The notes: generated from the letters alone by a model not told the origin. DNA of 64,000 nt from Heteronotia binoei (GCF_032191835.1 NC_083227.1:55428001-55492000), one strand, 5' to 3'; shown: positions 1 through 13,927, counted from the stretch's first letter. Translations and numbers: made by a program.

Positions 1-57
1 ATTTATTTATTTATTATTACATTAAACTTCTATCCCGCCCTCTCTGCAAGCGGACTC
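1..57 (-). mobile_element. 3' tail of a short retroposon (LINE/SINE tail) inserted into the Gypsy pol gene
   Basis: Reverse complement reads GAGTCCGCTTGCAGAGAGGGCGGGATAGAAG followed by an (AATA)n tail; similar tails occur at ~37825-37900 and ~23050-23110. The Gypsy frame starts immediately after. Confidence 0.55.
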
Positions 58-58
58 A

Positions 59-1712
59 CCATAAAAATCTGGAAGCACTTACAGGTCGAAGGAAACTAAC
101 CGAAAAACAAATCCGGAGGGCAGGTTTCTTTGCCAAGTTTGATTTTACCTTGAAACATATCCCAGGTTCAAAATATTTTCTAGCAGACGCCTTATCCAGA
201 CTCCCCCAGCACAATAGTCAAAAGGAGGAGGGTAACTGACTCTCTCATCCCACCAAGCCAGCTAGGAGGGGCCGTGAAAATCGTGAAGAAAAGTGTGTGG
301 GGGGGAGGGGAGATTAATTGCTGAAGTAGAAAAAGGGGGAGTCAGCAAACCAGAGGGAGTCACAAAAGGAGAAGGGGGCTTCTGGTACAGAGAGGGTAAA
401 CTTTATGTACCTGAAAGCCTTAGAAAAGAAGTACTACAGTTCTGTCACAGTGGTAAACTTTCGGGACACTTCGGATATGTAAAAACACTGCACTTGATGA
501 ATCGACAGTTTTGGTGGCCATTTACGAAAAAATACATTTCCAACTATGTAGCCTCGTGCCCAATGTGTATAATGGCCAAGAAACGGGGAGGGAAACCACC
601 AGGACTATTGCAGCCCTTAGAGACAGCTACCCGACCGTGGTCGGTAATTTCCATGGACTTTATTGTAAAATTACCTACGTCACAAGGGAAAACCATAATT
701 CTAGTAATAGCGGACACCTTTTCCAAACAAGCTCACTTCATCCCTTGTACTCAACTACCCACGGCTAAAAAACTAGCCCATTTGTTTTTCCAACATGTGG
801 TAAAACTACACTAATCCCCGGATAAGGTAATTAGCGACCGGGGCCCACAGTTCGTTGCCAATTTCTGGCAGGAGTTTTGTAAACTGACGGGAATTGAGCA
901 AGGACTAAGCTCAGCTTATCACCCTCAGACCGACGGACAGACGGAAAGGGTGAACACATTGCTGGAACAATATTTGAAGTGTTTTGTGAATTACCAACAA
1001 TCTAACTGGGTGGAACTCCTGCCTTTCGCAGAATATGGATATAATAACACTGTGCATAGCTCCACAAAAGCCTCGCCATTTCTAGTGGTGAATGGGTATG
1101 AAGGGAAACCCTTCCCACTGTTACGGGTGGATCAACCCCGGAAGTGCCTTTTTCGTTCGAACAATGGTGGGGCAGTCTGGGGAAGGTTTGGAAAACTATA
1201 CAAGAAAACCTGGAATTAGCTAAAGACTCCTACAAAAAACACTATGATAAAAGTCACACTCCGGTGTGGGACTTTAAAGTAGAAGAGACATTCTTTTCAT
1301 CTACCAAGAATTTACCCCTGCCTCAACCTTCTAAAAAATTGGCATACAAATTCCTGGGACCGTTCCAGATAAAGAGGGTGATCAATAAAGTGACAGTGGA
1401 ATTGGATCTACCTAAAATGCTTACTAAAATACACCCTGTTTTTCATTACAGTCTACTCCGTCGAGATCCTGGAGCTACACCTTGGCACCCTCGACCACAA
1501 GCTCCACAACCTATCCAGATTGGGGGTCAGAGTCACCCTGAAGTCAAGAAAATTTTAGATGCCAAAGTAAAACGGGGGGTGTTGTATTTTTAATTAGATG
1601 GAAGCATTTCTCTGCGGCCCACGACGAATGGGTTGAAAGCTCACATGTCCAAGCAAGGAACCTAATAAAAAAGTTTTACAATGCTCATCCTTCAAAACCC
1701 AGAAGATCTTAG
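59..1712 (+). pseudogene. pol: Gypsy pol remnant: RNase H C-terminus, integrase (Zn-binding and DDE core) and chromodomain, with stops and frameshifts
   Basis: HKNLEAL...HIPGSKYFLADALSRLP (RNase H end); GHFGYVKTLHLMNRQFWWP...CPMC (HHCC); SMDFIVKLP, ISDRGPQF, HPQTDGQTERVN (DDE); EVKKILDAKVKRG...IRWKHFSAAHDEWV (chromodomain). In-frame TAA at 812-814. Confidence 0.92.
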
Positions 1713-1723
1713 AGGGGGCAGTA

Positions 1724-2185
1724 TGTCAAGCATGCTATTTCTAAGTGTTGGTTCATCCATGCTTTCTCCTTCCCCCTTCCCCCCTCTCTTCCTTTTCTTC
1801 CTTCCTTTCTTTCAGTAAATGCATAATAAATCTCCCTGCCTCAGAAGATATAAGTAACCTTGTATTAGTAAAATGCCTCTCCCACAGATTCTCACCAACA
1901 TGTCTTATCAGCCAGTAGAGAATGTGTGAGAAACGGAGATGTTCACATTCCTTAGTAACCAAATAGATAGTAGCTTTTGAACCCTCAATGCAATTTGCAT
2001 CTTTATGTTATTCTTTTGAAGTTATCTGTAACCCTGCCTTTGAAGTAGCCTTTAAGATACTATGCAATGTGTAGACCTGTATTACTTCCAATGTTTCAGT
2101 CCTTGGAACAAGACATAGAGTTCAATAAAACAAGTCTTTGATTTAAAACAAAAGCTTGATTATTTCGAAATATCGATGCTTGACA
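1724..2185 (+). repeat. 3' LTR of the Gypsy element (462 bp)
   Basis: Perfect 10-bp terminal inverted repeat TGTCAAGCAT...ATGCTTGACA, AATAAA near 2124, directly downstream of the PPT. Confidence 0.9.
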
Positions 2186-2589
2186 AGGAGCTCACAGGAG
2201 CATAGCTCCTGAACCTTTCTGAGGGTTCTCCCTCCTACTCCCACCTACCTTGCGCATTGAATAATAGGCGCAGCTGCAATAACAATCCCTGGATTTGGAG
2301 AGTGTGCAGCCAGCCAACCACCAGGAGCTTTGCCACACCCCCAGAAGCCCTCATTAACCCCTGGAAAAGCCTGTGCCACCCCTTCTCCACTTCTTATGTG
2401 ATTTTGGGTGGCGGGTGGCTTGTTGGCTTTTTGACTGGGGGGGGGGGCAACAAAGGAGAGCCTGCAGGCCTTGCTCACCAGAGGCTCTCATTTCTTGCAT
2501 CAGGTTGCTTTTGGCTGGTGTGGGGGGCAGCATATGCTAATGTTATGCTATTGAGCTCCACCACCTATTTTTCTACAAAACCACCCCTG
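2186..2589 (+). mobile_element. Non-autonomous DNA-transposon-like element interrupted near its start by the Gypsy insertion
   Basis: AGGAGCTCACAGGAGCATAGCTCCTGAACC matches the reverse complement of ~47900-47955; ends ACCACCCCTG. Confidence 0.5.
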
Positions 2590-5500
2590 AACCTAAGTAA
2601 TATTTAAATGACACAAGTGAATGGAATTCTCCCCCCCCCCCCCAAATTATACATGCAGGGTCGCAACTCAATAGCACATCTGGATAAAATTCATTTTATA
2701 TTTATGGTTTTGCTTTTATATATTCCTGAACTACAAAAGCATCACTAGACTTCAATAGTGTGTCTGTGGTTGCATGCAGATAAATCCCAGTCATATCAAG
2801 TGAAATTTACTCTGGAGAAACTGTGAGATCATTTCAGCCTTAATAAATATTTACCCACTACACTTTGTTCAGGCCTCAACTTTCAATTCAGCCCCAAACT
2901 ACCAAGGAATCTACAGGGGCTTTCTTTTTTTTCCAGGAAAAAAAACAGCAAATCCAAACTGACTATAAATAACTTCTTTTGGAAACATGACGAACTACTA
3001 TAATACAGCCGTAGATGTGTCATCCATATCCACAGGCAAACAGCCAATGGAACAGTGACCTAAGGCAACACAATTCCTCTGTCAGTCATTAGTTTGCTGG
3101 GTGACCCGAAGCTAATCATGCAGTTGTGCCTCTCAGTAGAATGGGACTGAGATCAGCATTCTTCACAGAGTGGCTGTGAGAGATTAAAAAGTGCAACATA
3201 CATTACAAGAGCTACACAAAAACAATCACCACCATGCCTAGCAGAACTTAGGAAATTAAAAAAAAAAAACAAGAGTACACAGAACTATCACTGTCTCAAC
3301 AAACAAGATTTAGCAACTGATACATTTTAAGTGGTCACATATAATAGTGGCTAGAACAAACTACAATGGTAGTCCAATACGGCTATCAGTTCCATGTGGA
3401 TAACTTCCTTGGGGATACAGGGTGTGGAGCTTTGTGGTGGCAGAATTTGGGGAGAAGAGGAAGCTGAGTGGTATAATGCCATTCACCCTGAAAAGCAGTA
3501 ATTTTCTCCTGGTCAGTTGTAATCCTGGGAGCTCTCCACACCCCACCTGGAGGATGGCAGCCCTACCACCCAAATCCTTCATATTCTGTGCCGTGCTTTA
3601 TAAAGGGTCAGGAGAAGATTCAAAGAAAGTACCAAGGCAGTGCTGACCTGTGCTCTGATCCTTTTGCAAATGCAATGATAAACCTGGACAGTTGTGAAAA
3701 CATAGGATAAGCCGAACTTGTATGATCTAACATAGCATTACAAAGCTTCAGCAGCCCAGAATTCAGTAATATTGGGATTACTACTGCTGGTGTTGTGTTC
3801 ACTTTGGTTTGCACCTTGCCCCAAATTAAGACTTTATAATCTCAATGGTGTCTTTCAATACTGTGATTAAAATGATCAATGATTAAAAACATGATTTTCT
3901 TTATTCAAAGGAAAGGTTTGTAAGAATGGCTTAATTTCAGACTTAATCCAATATACAAAAAGGTCAAGTGGGCCCTGGGCATGGATCTAACCTACTCTGT
4001 CCTATAAACCATGATGGAACCATAACTAGTGTACCACTACCCCAAGGCCAGAAAAGAGAACTGCATAGGCTTACCAAGGTTGCTGGGAGCCTGGAGGGGG
4101 GAGAGGAATTCCCTCTACCCAGCCTCCCAGATATATGAGAGAGATAATGCAGAGGGAGGAAAGGAACTCACAAATTCTTAATGGAACAAACAGCTTAACC
4201 CTTTGTTTAACTGGAAAACCTATCTTGCTACAGAAGAGCACTTGCCAGTCAAGCAAAAGGTTAAATTGTGAGTGTTTATAGTTTCCTAGAGAGGCTTGTG
4301 AATGTTGCTAAAGCCCCAAAGTTAGAGGTATCTTGATGGATGAGGGCAAAATGAAGGAGAAAGACCCAGTTCCAAAGTGACTTGAAGAAAAGCTGACCTA
4401 CATAAGCTGAGTAGGATATTATTTACCTCCATGCCTTAGAAAGCTTCAGCTGCCCATTTCCACACATTACACCTCTGTTAAAGGTGCAGGACATTTTCTC
4501 CAGGTCTGTTGGCCATCCTACTTGTACTCTCAGTCTCTTCCTTCTCAGCATTCCTGTACCGGACCATAGTTTGCACTACTTGGAACATGGGATATCAAGT
4601 TGATTCTCTCATTAGCTAACTGTCAGAGCAATTCATCACAGGCCTTAAAAGGCTTCCCTTTAGATTTCAATTCTCTTTAAAACTCAGCTCTCAGGGGCAC
4701 TGGCCACATCAGTGGTTTTCCCTGTTAAGCTCTTCTCCTGACATCTCTACCTTACTTTTTACCCATTTCCGTTGCTCACTTTTGACGGTCTTCTAATGGT
4801 CAAATCAGCCAAGTCAATGACAACAGCAATGCAACCTAAACAAGTGTAGTGCTACCCAGCAGCATCATAATTATCTTCAGTGTTCTGAGGAAGGCATCCT
4901 CCTTATGGAGAGATTAACTATCCCCCTCTGGCAACTAACCCTCTAGAATCAACAGCTGTTCATCAAGTAAAAACTACAGTAGGCATACAGGAGCCCACCA
5001 GCTGGGATAAAAAAGACATGCAGAATTATTTATTATATTAATACCTTGATGTTTATATAGAATTCCACAAAAAATGGACGGTTCCCATAGTTTTGTACTA
5101 AAAAAAATTGCAATATCTGATCACAAAAATATATGGCTTTTATACAATATTAAAGGTTTATATCAACAAGTAGTCCCACCTCCATCTGCTGTTGTTGCTA
5201 CCACTTGCTTTAAACCTACACAACGGCAGACTGACACTAAAAGCCACATAAATCTACAGAAACCATTTAATCTATCTCCCCCCTGAAAACTGACATGTGT
5301 TGAGCAGCCTACAATAAGAAACTCCCACAAAAATAAAAATAGTTTGGAACCACATACTGATTTCTTTTTCATAAAGAAATTATTTAAGAAGTATTTTGAG
5401 GAGAATAAACCTACACACTACAGCTAGGTTTTAAAGGCAGACATGCTGCATGCTGCACAAGCCACACCTAATATGAGTAGGAAGTACCACAGACTGCAAA

Positions 5501-6926
5501 CATCTGGGAATGCTTTCCATGGTGAACTGTCCCTGAAAGTCCCTGCCCTCTAAGTGCATGTTTTTCAGCTCCCGCAAATTCTCAGGTCATATGCAGCCAG
5601 AAGTGAAGGGATGGTCTTGTTGCTAACATCCCATGGATCTTTGGAAGAAACCATTTCTGAAGTTCTGCACACTTCCAAGACAACCCTTTGTTCTTTAGTC
5701 CAAGCTCAGAAGAACAGCCTGTCTGTGTCAACCCAAGTTTCTAAGGCACTTGTAGCACCTCCAAAGCCCAGTATAATACAGACAGGCTCCATCTCTTCTT
5801 CCCAGCCTGGGGGTGGGAAGAGTGATAGGGAATCATTCCACGATGAAGAAGCATTTAGACTACTTCCAAAGTAGTCATGATTTTAGCAACATTCCTCCAT
5901 GCATCCCTTCCTGATAGGTCTGAGCTCAACAATAGGGCTGGGACTCATTACATTTTGCAGACACAAAAAGGATTTTTGCCATGGTGAACAAGACCCCTGA
6001 AAATGTACCAATGCCTACAGTTCAAACATACACACATTTTTATAGTGACCCAACAAAAAGTTTTGCAGGGGGAGCAAAAGGGAATGGTTGTAAATGAGGA
6101 AAAGAGGATTTGTGCTTACAGTAAGCCCAGGAACTGTCACCAGTGGTATGGAAGGCACCAGTCCAGCCCAGCTCTCCAAAGATGTAGAACCCAACCCCCC
6201 AAAAATACACTTTAAAATAAGTTTTCAACAGCAGCCCTCATCTCTGTCTTTAAACTACAAATAAAGCAAGCACAAGGCATCATTCAGCACCAACTAAAGT
6301 GACACTGAGGGGACAAACCTCACAGGTGTACTTGTACAAATCCAAAGCCATAGGGAAACTCCTGTTTAGATCCTGAGACTCCCCATCACAATCTCAGGGA
6401 CAAAATTAAAGAACAGTAAAAAAAATCAATTGTGAATTGATGCATATTGATCATTGCTGTAGTTTTTACTCTTCAGATGGCAGTTCATCTCACTGGGGAC
6501 ACAGAACAAAGCGGGTGCAAGTGCATCTCTGCGTGCTTTCTCAAATCATTATTTAATTTCCATCCCTTTCCTGCTGAAATATACAGTCTATCTATGGTCG
6601 TCTGCCAAGGTCTGCCCTATCACACACATACTTCCTGAGTGAAAGCCAGCCATCACTGCAGTAGGGACTGGAGCTGCACAGATGCTTAGAGCTGTCAGAG
6701 GTGACCAGGAGGCATGCAGCCAACTTCACTGCATGGTTGGGCCGGGGCTTCTGACAGGCTCTTTCTCAGAGTTTTGCCACTAAGCAGCAGCAGGAACCTG
6801 TATCTCTCCAGACAAAATAACAAATGGGCCTACTGGAGGCAGAAGGAGTGTACCAGTTAACCTAAGTCACTTTAGCCTCATACCCAGTGGGGGAAGAGGG
6901 ATTCATTTTGCAAAACCTCCGCTTAC

Positions 6927-6966
6927 CTATAGAAGAAGACCATAATACTGACTGAAGATGATGGGA
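6927..6966 (-). other. Candidate 40-nt exon of an unidentified minus-strand transcript
   Basis: Long pyrimidine tract ending TTCATCTGTTCCAG acceptor; AG|GTAAGC donor. No protein recognised. Confidence 0.35.
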
Positions 6967-7508
6967 CTGGAACAGATGAAAGGGGATTAAGGGAAAGAAA
7001 GCAGTAATAAGCCTTTTATCTTTTATTAGGGGGTTAGTTCTGGCACTGTGTTGCTCAAGGCTTTTTTATTTTTGTAGGCATTCATAGCCTTTCTTACTGC
7101 ACTTGAGAGAATATAACAAAAGTATTTCAGCCGTAACAAACTCACTGATCAAAACGCATACCAGCAAGCACATCAAAAGGGATCCACAAATTAACAACAT
7201 GGAAATTAGGCTTCTTTCATAGAAAATCCAATAAAGGTAATAGGAAACTGTAAGCTCTTCAGGTCAGGGACCTTTTTTTTTTAACTTATAGAATATGACG
7301 ACAAGATAGTTCACAGCTGATTGATTTGAAATTTTAACCAGCTTTCTCCTGAGAAGAAAGGCAGATTCCAATAATGCTAAAATCACATTTCAGATAGGAT
7401 CACAAAACCGTTACATTCCACAGATTCGAACGGCTGCAGAGCATTCATTATAAGCCTACTCTGAGTCCTCAAGAGTATTTTTAGGAAGCCCCTCCTGAAT
7501 AACCCCAC

Positions 7509-7572
7509 CTAATAACAGGGTTGGATGTATACAATTTTCTGGCACCCAATGTTGAAATGGCCAGCAGGGTAC
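7509..7572 (-). other. Candidate 64-nt exon
   Basis: TGTTTTGTTTTGTTTTTAAG acceptor; weaker AG|GTGGGG donor; two frames open (TLLAISTLGARKLYTSNPVI / VPCWPFQHWVPENCIHPTLLL). Confidence 0.25.
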
Positions 7573-8181
7573 CTTAAAAACAAAACAAAACAGTCAAACA
7601 CAAAAAAGACAAGAATATGTGACAGCCTTTTATGCCAAATAAGGTAAGGTGAGGAGAACAAGAAATCATGACAGGATGAACATGAAATCTCCCTTTCTTG
7701 AGGGATTGAACAAGTCATTCTCTCTATTCTCAGCTGTTTTCTTTAACTTAACAGTCCTCTGCATTTTGAGCCTCTCAAAGTAATGAGCACCCTCAGTCTC
7801 CATCAAGCCTCTTTTCATGTGTTTTGTTTGTTTGTTTTTCATTTACAAAGTTATATTTTCCTGCACTCCTGGGAAATCCCTAGAATATGCAGAAATGGCT
7901 GCCCTTTCTGTAGGTGGCCCCTACACACCCTTCAACTGAGAGGCACCAATACATCCAGTTTATTATTATGAGCATTCATCTCTGTAAGTATACTGTAAGA
8001 AAAGGTGCACTCTGCTAGCTTGATGTGATGCTAACGTTCTTTGAGATAGTCTGGTAGGCTGAATGGATCACTGGACTAACCCAGTACAGTTTTTCATGTT
8101 CACTTGCACAGCAGTTCACACAATGCTTTCTCACTGCACAGCAATCCTTGGAATTACCTTTCAGTTCAAATGAGTAACAAG

Positions 8182-8801
8182 TAGGCATGGGCACGGAATG
8201 TGGAAACGGTGGTTCACGCTGGCTCGTGATTGGTGTGATAGCCTTGAACCGGAGATTTGTTTCATGACTCATATGCTTGCCTGAACCAGTTCATGGTTCA
8301 TTGTTTTGTATGGTTCGGGAGCTATAAAACTCACCAGAAGTCTTTAGCAGACTCTCCTCCACCCGCCCTCCAAGTTTGGCAAAGATTGGATTTGAAATGT
8401 CCAAGTTATAGCCCCCAAAGCAGGTGCATGCAGGGAAGTTTAGCTTCTACTCTCACAATGAAAACTAACTCTCCTCTCTGTGCTGCAGTCCAGAGTGAAA
8501 GCAGTGGAGTCAGGGTGTCTGCTCCCATAGAGCAGAATGGGAGTTCCGCGGATAACTATGGACGACTGCTATTGGTGTATCTAGGGCTCCCAACAGTCCA
8601 CCACCAGCATTGCCTGATTGAATCAGCACCAAGTTGTCTGGGAAAACAAACCACAAGGACAAACCAAATGAAGCACCAAGAAAAAAGGGTTAATTTTCCA
8701 GTTCAGGCATGGCACGAGCAAATGAACCGGTTCACAACAAACCATGAATTGACCCATTTTGAGCATGAATAGATTCGTGGTTCAGTTTGCGCCTATGTCT
8801 A
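8182..8801. mobile_element. hAT-type non-autonomous DNA transposon (620 bp)
   Basis: Imperfect TIRs TAGGCATGGGCAC / GCGCCTATGTCTA; 8-bp TSD GTAACAAG / GTAGCAAG; subterminal GAACC/GGTTC repeats. Confidence 0.75.
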
Positions 8802-9115
8802 GTAGCAAGCCATGCCTCAGGATGTGACAATTTTTGCAAAGCATAGCAGCTGCAGAACATCACAAAGTAGGTCTTTCTAGATAGAGTTCAAGCAATTACT
8901 CTATGTACAACACTAACCAATGTTCCCCTGCCTATTAGAATAATTTTGTTGCCTAAATATATTCAAAGACTCTTACAGTATTTATGTCCCTTTTATTGGC
9001 ATCATTAAGCACTTGAAGTCCCATACAACTGCACAAGGAGCTCTGAAAACTCTAGCCACTAGCTTACTGGTTTCATTCCAAAGCTATGTTTCATACCTGG
9101 TTTCATTCCAAAGCG

Positions 9116-9412
9116 GAGAGCCAATTTGGTGTAGTGGTTAAGTGTGCGGACTCTTATCTGGGAGAACCAGGTTTGATTCCCCACTCCTCCACTTGCACCT
9201 GCTAGCATGGCCTTGGGTCAGCCATAGCTCTGGCAGAGGTTGTCCTTGAAAGGGCAGCTGCTGTGAGAGCCCTCTCCAGCCCCACCCACCTCACAGGGTG
9301 TCTGTTGGGGGGGAGGAAGGTAAAGGAGATTGTGAGCCACTCTGAGACTCTTGAGTGGAGGGCGGAATATAAACCCAATATCATCTTCATCTTCATCTTC
9401 TTCTTCTTCTTC
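9116..9412 (+). mobile_element. tRNA-head SINE (abundant family, Squam3-like)
   Basis: Head AGAGCCAATTTGGTGTAGTGGTTAAG with box B-like GGTTTGATTCCCC; (TCT)n tail; near-identical to copies at 28.4, 50.0, 50.3 and 62.9 kb. Confidence 0.85.
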
Positions 9413-11656
9413 TATGTTATTATGGCTAGATAATATGTTCTATGTTATTATGGCTNNNNNNNNNNNNNNNNNNNNNNNNNNNNNNNNNNNNNNNNNNNNN
9501 NNNNNNNNNNNNNNNNNNNNNNNNNNNNNNNNNNNNNNNNNNNNNNNNNNNNNNNNNNNNNNNNNNNNNNNNNNNNNNNNNNNNNNNNNNNNNNNNNNNN
9601 NNNNNNNNNNNNNNNNNNNNNNNNTGTGCATGATGCTGTATAGCTAAGAGAACTGTTTCATCAGTAATAAGACTGCAGGACAATAAGGAACCTGATTAAG
9701 GAGGCAATAAACAAAGAGCTATTTTGGAAGAGGACATGATGTATACAAGCTGGCTGTGATTCGTTGTTGCAATCAAAAAATATATGTCCAAGCCTGCAGC
9801 TGCAGCACATCTTCGGCAAATATGCTTTTCATGTTTCTCTCCTGCAGTGGGGAATTAATAGATGTCACTGTCAGGGGTATAGGAAAAACAAGCTCATATG
9901 TTTTCACTAATTCATTGGCCAGACTTTTGACAGATGTTAACCATGCACAAATGTGTGCCCACATCAAGAAAAGAAAGACACTATGCAGCCTGAGTGCTAG
10001 ATGCATATTGTTATGTTTGAAAAAACACCACAAAGCTACACTTTGATTTCCAACCTGAAGAGAAAGACAGACCCCAAAATTATGACTGTGACACCCTGCT
10101 GCAATTAGAAGCTGTACTAAAATGCCCACCCATTTTTAACCCATCTCAGAGACTTTATGCTGTCATCAATAACAAGGCTGGAACTTCTTCCAAGGAGCTT
10201 AGGGCAGTATAACTCATTCTCTCCTCCTCCGTTTTACTCTCACAACAAGCCTGTAAAGTAATTAGGCTGAACATCCCTGACTAGTCCAAGATCAACCTCT
10301 TAAGTTTCATGGCAGAGTCAGATTCTAAACCAGACCCTCCTGAACCAAAGTCCAGCACCCTAATCACTACACTATGCTAGCTTTCTAAACAGAGAAAGCT
10401 AGAGCCAGATTGTTTTATTAGTATGTAGAGATGTACATTTTCTGGAAATTTTGAAGTCATAGTAAGAAAAGATGGTGAATCAGGCAGGGAGGGAGACATA
10501 TCTCGGGATGCGGGGGCCTTACTTTTCCATCACTCCTAACTTGCTGCTTTATGACTATATTATGTATTACTTCATTACTTGCTTAGCAGATAAACTTATA
10601 CTCACTGGCATATTTATGAAAAATAAAAATGCCCTAATTTTGTTCTAACAAAATTGCAAATATCATCAATACTAAAGAAGGAAATCAACAAAAGGCGTCA
10701 CCCTGTGCTGATAAAGTACACATATCTTCATTCTTGCCATCTAAGTAGCAAGGAGAGAAGAAAAGATGAAAATAGAAATCATAAATTATGTAGAAAATGA
10801 AAGAAAATGTATTATTTTAGCTTAAGTCTTCACACAGTTACAGCATTAATGACTATCTGCAGATCTAGGTATTACACCGAACACACTGATCTCTCAGAGT
10901 GTATTATTACCATACATATTACTTGTGGACATTATTGGCCACATTAAACATATCCTTGAAAATATGTTGCACATGTCTACAGTTGACAGAGGAATTATCA
11001 TTATCCAATTGCTGGAGATATGTTATGTCAGACAATCTAAATATATCATTCGCAGTAAGCATTTTGATAGAGTCTCATCTTAACAATCATTTCACTTGCT
11101 TTGAAAGAGAAAGAATATTTTAGAGCAGTTTTCCCCCCCAGTGTTCCTCAATAATTCCACTTTTTTCCACTGGAAAAAAGCCCAATATGTGCTGAAATAA
11201 CAACAGGTCCTTCATCCTGGGTAGCTGAAATAAAATACTTTATACCAGGAGGTGCTTGCTAGCACCTTTTCTGGTGTCCACCAAATATTTTCAGAAAGTG
11301 GGTAGACCCAGATGTGTCTTCTGATTGGCCACTGAATATCTGATTGGTTGTGCAGATTTTTTAAAGTACTGCTTTGGCAGTAGCTGCCACCCCAGGATAA
11401 GGATCTTCATTGCATGATTAAAAGTAACTGTTATAGCCATTCTGTAATATGCTACACCTCCTGTGGCATCCATCTTGTGGCTGCATCCACCACAGTGTGT
11501 CAGAATTTCAATGGGGTCTGGATGCTCTATAATATTGGAGACCCCAGGGTTATTCCAACAAGAATCTTATGGCATTCTAAAGACCAGTAAGAGTCTACAT
11601 TAAACTCACAAAAATTCAAACCACAACAAATGTATTCAATCTTTAAGACACAGTAA

Positions 11657-11806
11657 GGCTGTGATCACACACACTAAATACTGCACTTTCAATTCACTCT
11701 CAATGCACTTTCCAACTGGATTTTACTGTGTGAACTGGCAAAATCCAGCTGGAAAATGCACTGAAAGTGGATTGAAGTGCATTATTTAGTGTGTGAGATC
11801 ACAACA
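11657..11806. mobile_element. PIF/Harbinger-like palindromic MITE (150 bp)
   Basis: TAA on both sides; TIRs GGCTGTGATCACACACACTAAATA / TATTTAGTGTGTGAGATCACAACA; the whole element folds back. Confidence 0.75.
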
Positions 11807-11823
11807 TAAGACTGATCTCTGAG

Positions 11824-12591
11824 CAGGCTTCCCAATCCCCAGGTCCCCCAGTTTTACTTCGCCTCCAGCCAGCTGGCTGGCGGGGAAAGCCCCACCCCCA
11901 CAGCCACCATGCAGTTCTAGATCTTGGGCAGGTTTAGAAACCTGCAAGCAGGTCCGTTTCAAAATGTGTGTGTGTCTGTGTGCCTTTAAAGTTGAGCAGG
12001 AAGTACTTCATGGGAAGGGTCAGCAACACAGTCCCTCGGTTTGTTTTGCTTTTGTTTCAGAGCGTGTGTGAGAGAGAGCGAGAGAGTGAGAGAGATGCCA
12101 ATCCCCAGGCTTGGAGGCCCTCCTCCCCCAGCTTTAGGATCATCAGAAAGTGGCGGGAGGGGGGGAGGGAAATGTCTACTGGGAAATTATTTCCTATGGA
12201 GAATGATTCCCATAGGGAATAATGGGGAATTGATCCACGGGGCTTTGGGGGGGCTGTTTTTTGAGGTAGAGGCACCGAATTTTCAGTATAGTATCTAGTG
12301 CCTCTCCCCAAAATACCCCCCAAGTTTCAAAACGATTGGACCACGGGGTCCAATTCTATGAGCCCCAAAACAAAGTGCCCCTATCCTTCATTATTTCCTA
12401 TAGAAAGAAGGCATTTTAAAAAGTGTGCTGTCCCTTTAAATGTGATGACCAGAACTCCCTTGGAGTTTAATTATGCTTGTCACACCCTTGCTCCTGGCTC
12501 CACCCCAATGTCTCCTGGATCCATCCCCAAAGTCTCCTGGTTCCACCCCCAAAGTCCCCAGATATTTCTTGATTTGGGCTTGGCAATCCTA
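11824..12591. mobile_element. hAT (Blackjack-like) non-autonomous element (768 bp)
   Basis: Perfect 8-bp TSD TCTCTGAG; ends CAGGCTTCCCA... / ...TGGCAATCCTA. Confidence 0.75.
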
Positions 12592-13095
12592 TCTCTGAGT
12601 TGCAACAAATTGATATGGCTGCATTTGTTCTTAAGGCCATCTTTCCATTCAGAAGAACAGAGTGACTTCATGGTCAATGTCATTTTTATTGATAAGATGT
12701 ATGAATTGGATTACTATATTAACTACCAAGGAGATTTACAACAGAATCTTTCAATACATTTAGCAACATAGAGCCATATTCTTGGCTTGTTTTTTTTAAA
12801 GTTAATCAAGCAAATATTCCTAAGAATATTCCAAAGAATGAAAACACAACAAAAGTCTAATACCTTGTCAATACACAGACAGAAACAAACACCTTCTAGA
12901 GATTCTTATTTATCATCATTTCCCTTTGCAGACGACAAAGTTCTAAGCGTCCAGCTGCCCTGTTCTGCCTGAATTTCAACAGAGATGGGCTTTCAATCAG
13001 ATTTTTCCACAATACACAAACTCCAAGTGATAAATGAACTCCCAGTGAAGATGAATTAATGCGGCCTACCACTGCATACAACAGGCATTGATTAC

Positions 13096-13238
13096 CTGTA
13101 CACTTTGGAAATCGCTGGAAATTGACTGTGTATTAAAAGCTCTGCAGAGTAATAGGATACTTGTTTAAAATGTGTATTACAAGCTCCAGCGAAAGAACTT
13201 GTGTCAAGACTCGGCAGAAGGGGAGATAAATGTTGCTC
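13096..13238 (-). other. Candidate 143-nt exon
   Basis: TTTCTTTATGCACAG acceptor; CAG|GTAATC donor; one open frame EQHLSPLLPSLDTSSFAGACNTHFKQVSYYSAELLIHSQFPAISKVY; protein not recognised. Confidence 0.3.
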
Positions 13239-13927
13239 CTGTGCATAAAGAAATCTTGGTGTACACTGGCATTTTTTAATTTCATACAAACTTAAGAAAA
13301 GCCTGCTGGATCAGACCAGTGGTCCATCTGGTCCAGCACATTGTTTCATACAGTGGCCAACCAGTTGCCCTAGGTTGCCAATCAAGGCCAAGGCCCTCCC
13401 GATACTACCTTCTAGCACTGTTATTCAGATCTGCTGCCTCATCATTGCCATTAGTCAAGGGGGGAGGGGTGTACTGAGAGAGTATAATATTATTGTACCA
13501 GATCTGAAAATGAGAAGCCAAGAGTTACAAATTTGTAGGCCCACAAACACGGGGGGGAGGGGGGGTGCTGTGGGGCCCTGCCCCCAACTTCCGGACAGAC
13601 CCCCAACTAGCAGCTTTCACTCCCAGACACCTCCTCCCTCCCCACAAGTCAAATCATGCTGGAGAGGTGAAAGGAGCAGCTGGTAGGCCTCCCCACGCGA
13701 TTTAAGGACCCTATCAATCAGCTAGTCGGTAGAAATCACTAGCAGGGAAGGAGAGGCTGTGCTTGAATTTTTTAGGTGGGAGGCGGCTTTTTAAAAATTC
13801 AGGTGCCCCATGAAATTTTAAAAGCCTCCCCACCTAAAAAAATCCTAGCTACAGCCCTGCAATGTGCCAGTGATAGGCAAGTTATAGAAATATGTCCGTC
13901 AGGGCTCAAGCATTATTAATTGTAGCG

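Larger units (their letters stand above)
58..2185 (+). mobile_element. Ty3/Gypsy (chromovirus-type) LTR retrotransposon, 3' portion, decayed
   Basis: pol remnant, then polypurine tract AGAGGGGGCAG (1711-1721), then an LTR 1724-2185. Confidence 0.93.

Noticed and set aside
9116-9200. tRNA gene at SINE heads (also 28.4, 50.0, 55.8, 62.9 kb)
   Set aside because: A/B-box-like heads run into SINE bodies and tails; no full cloverleaf or terminator.
9351-9683. ORFs spanning the first gap
   Set aside because: Open only because of Ns.
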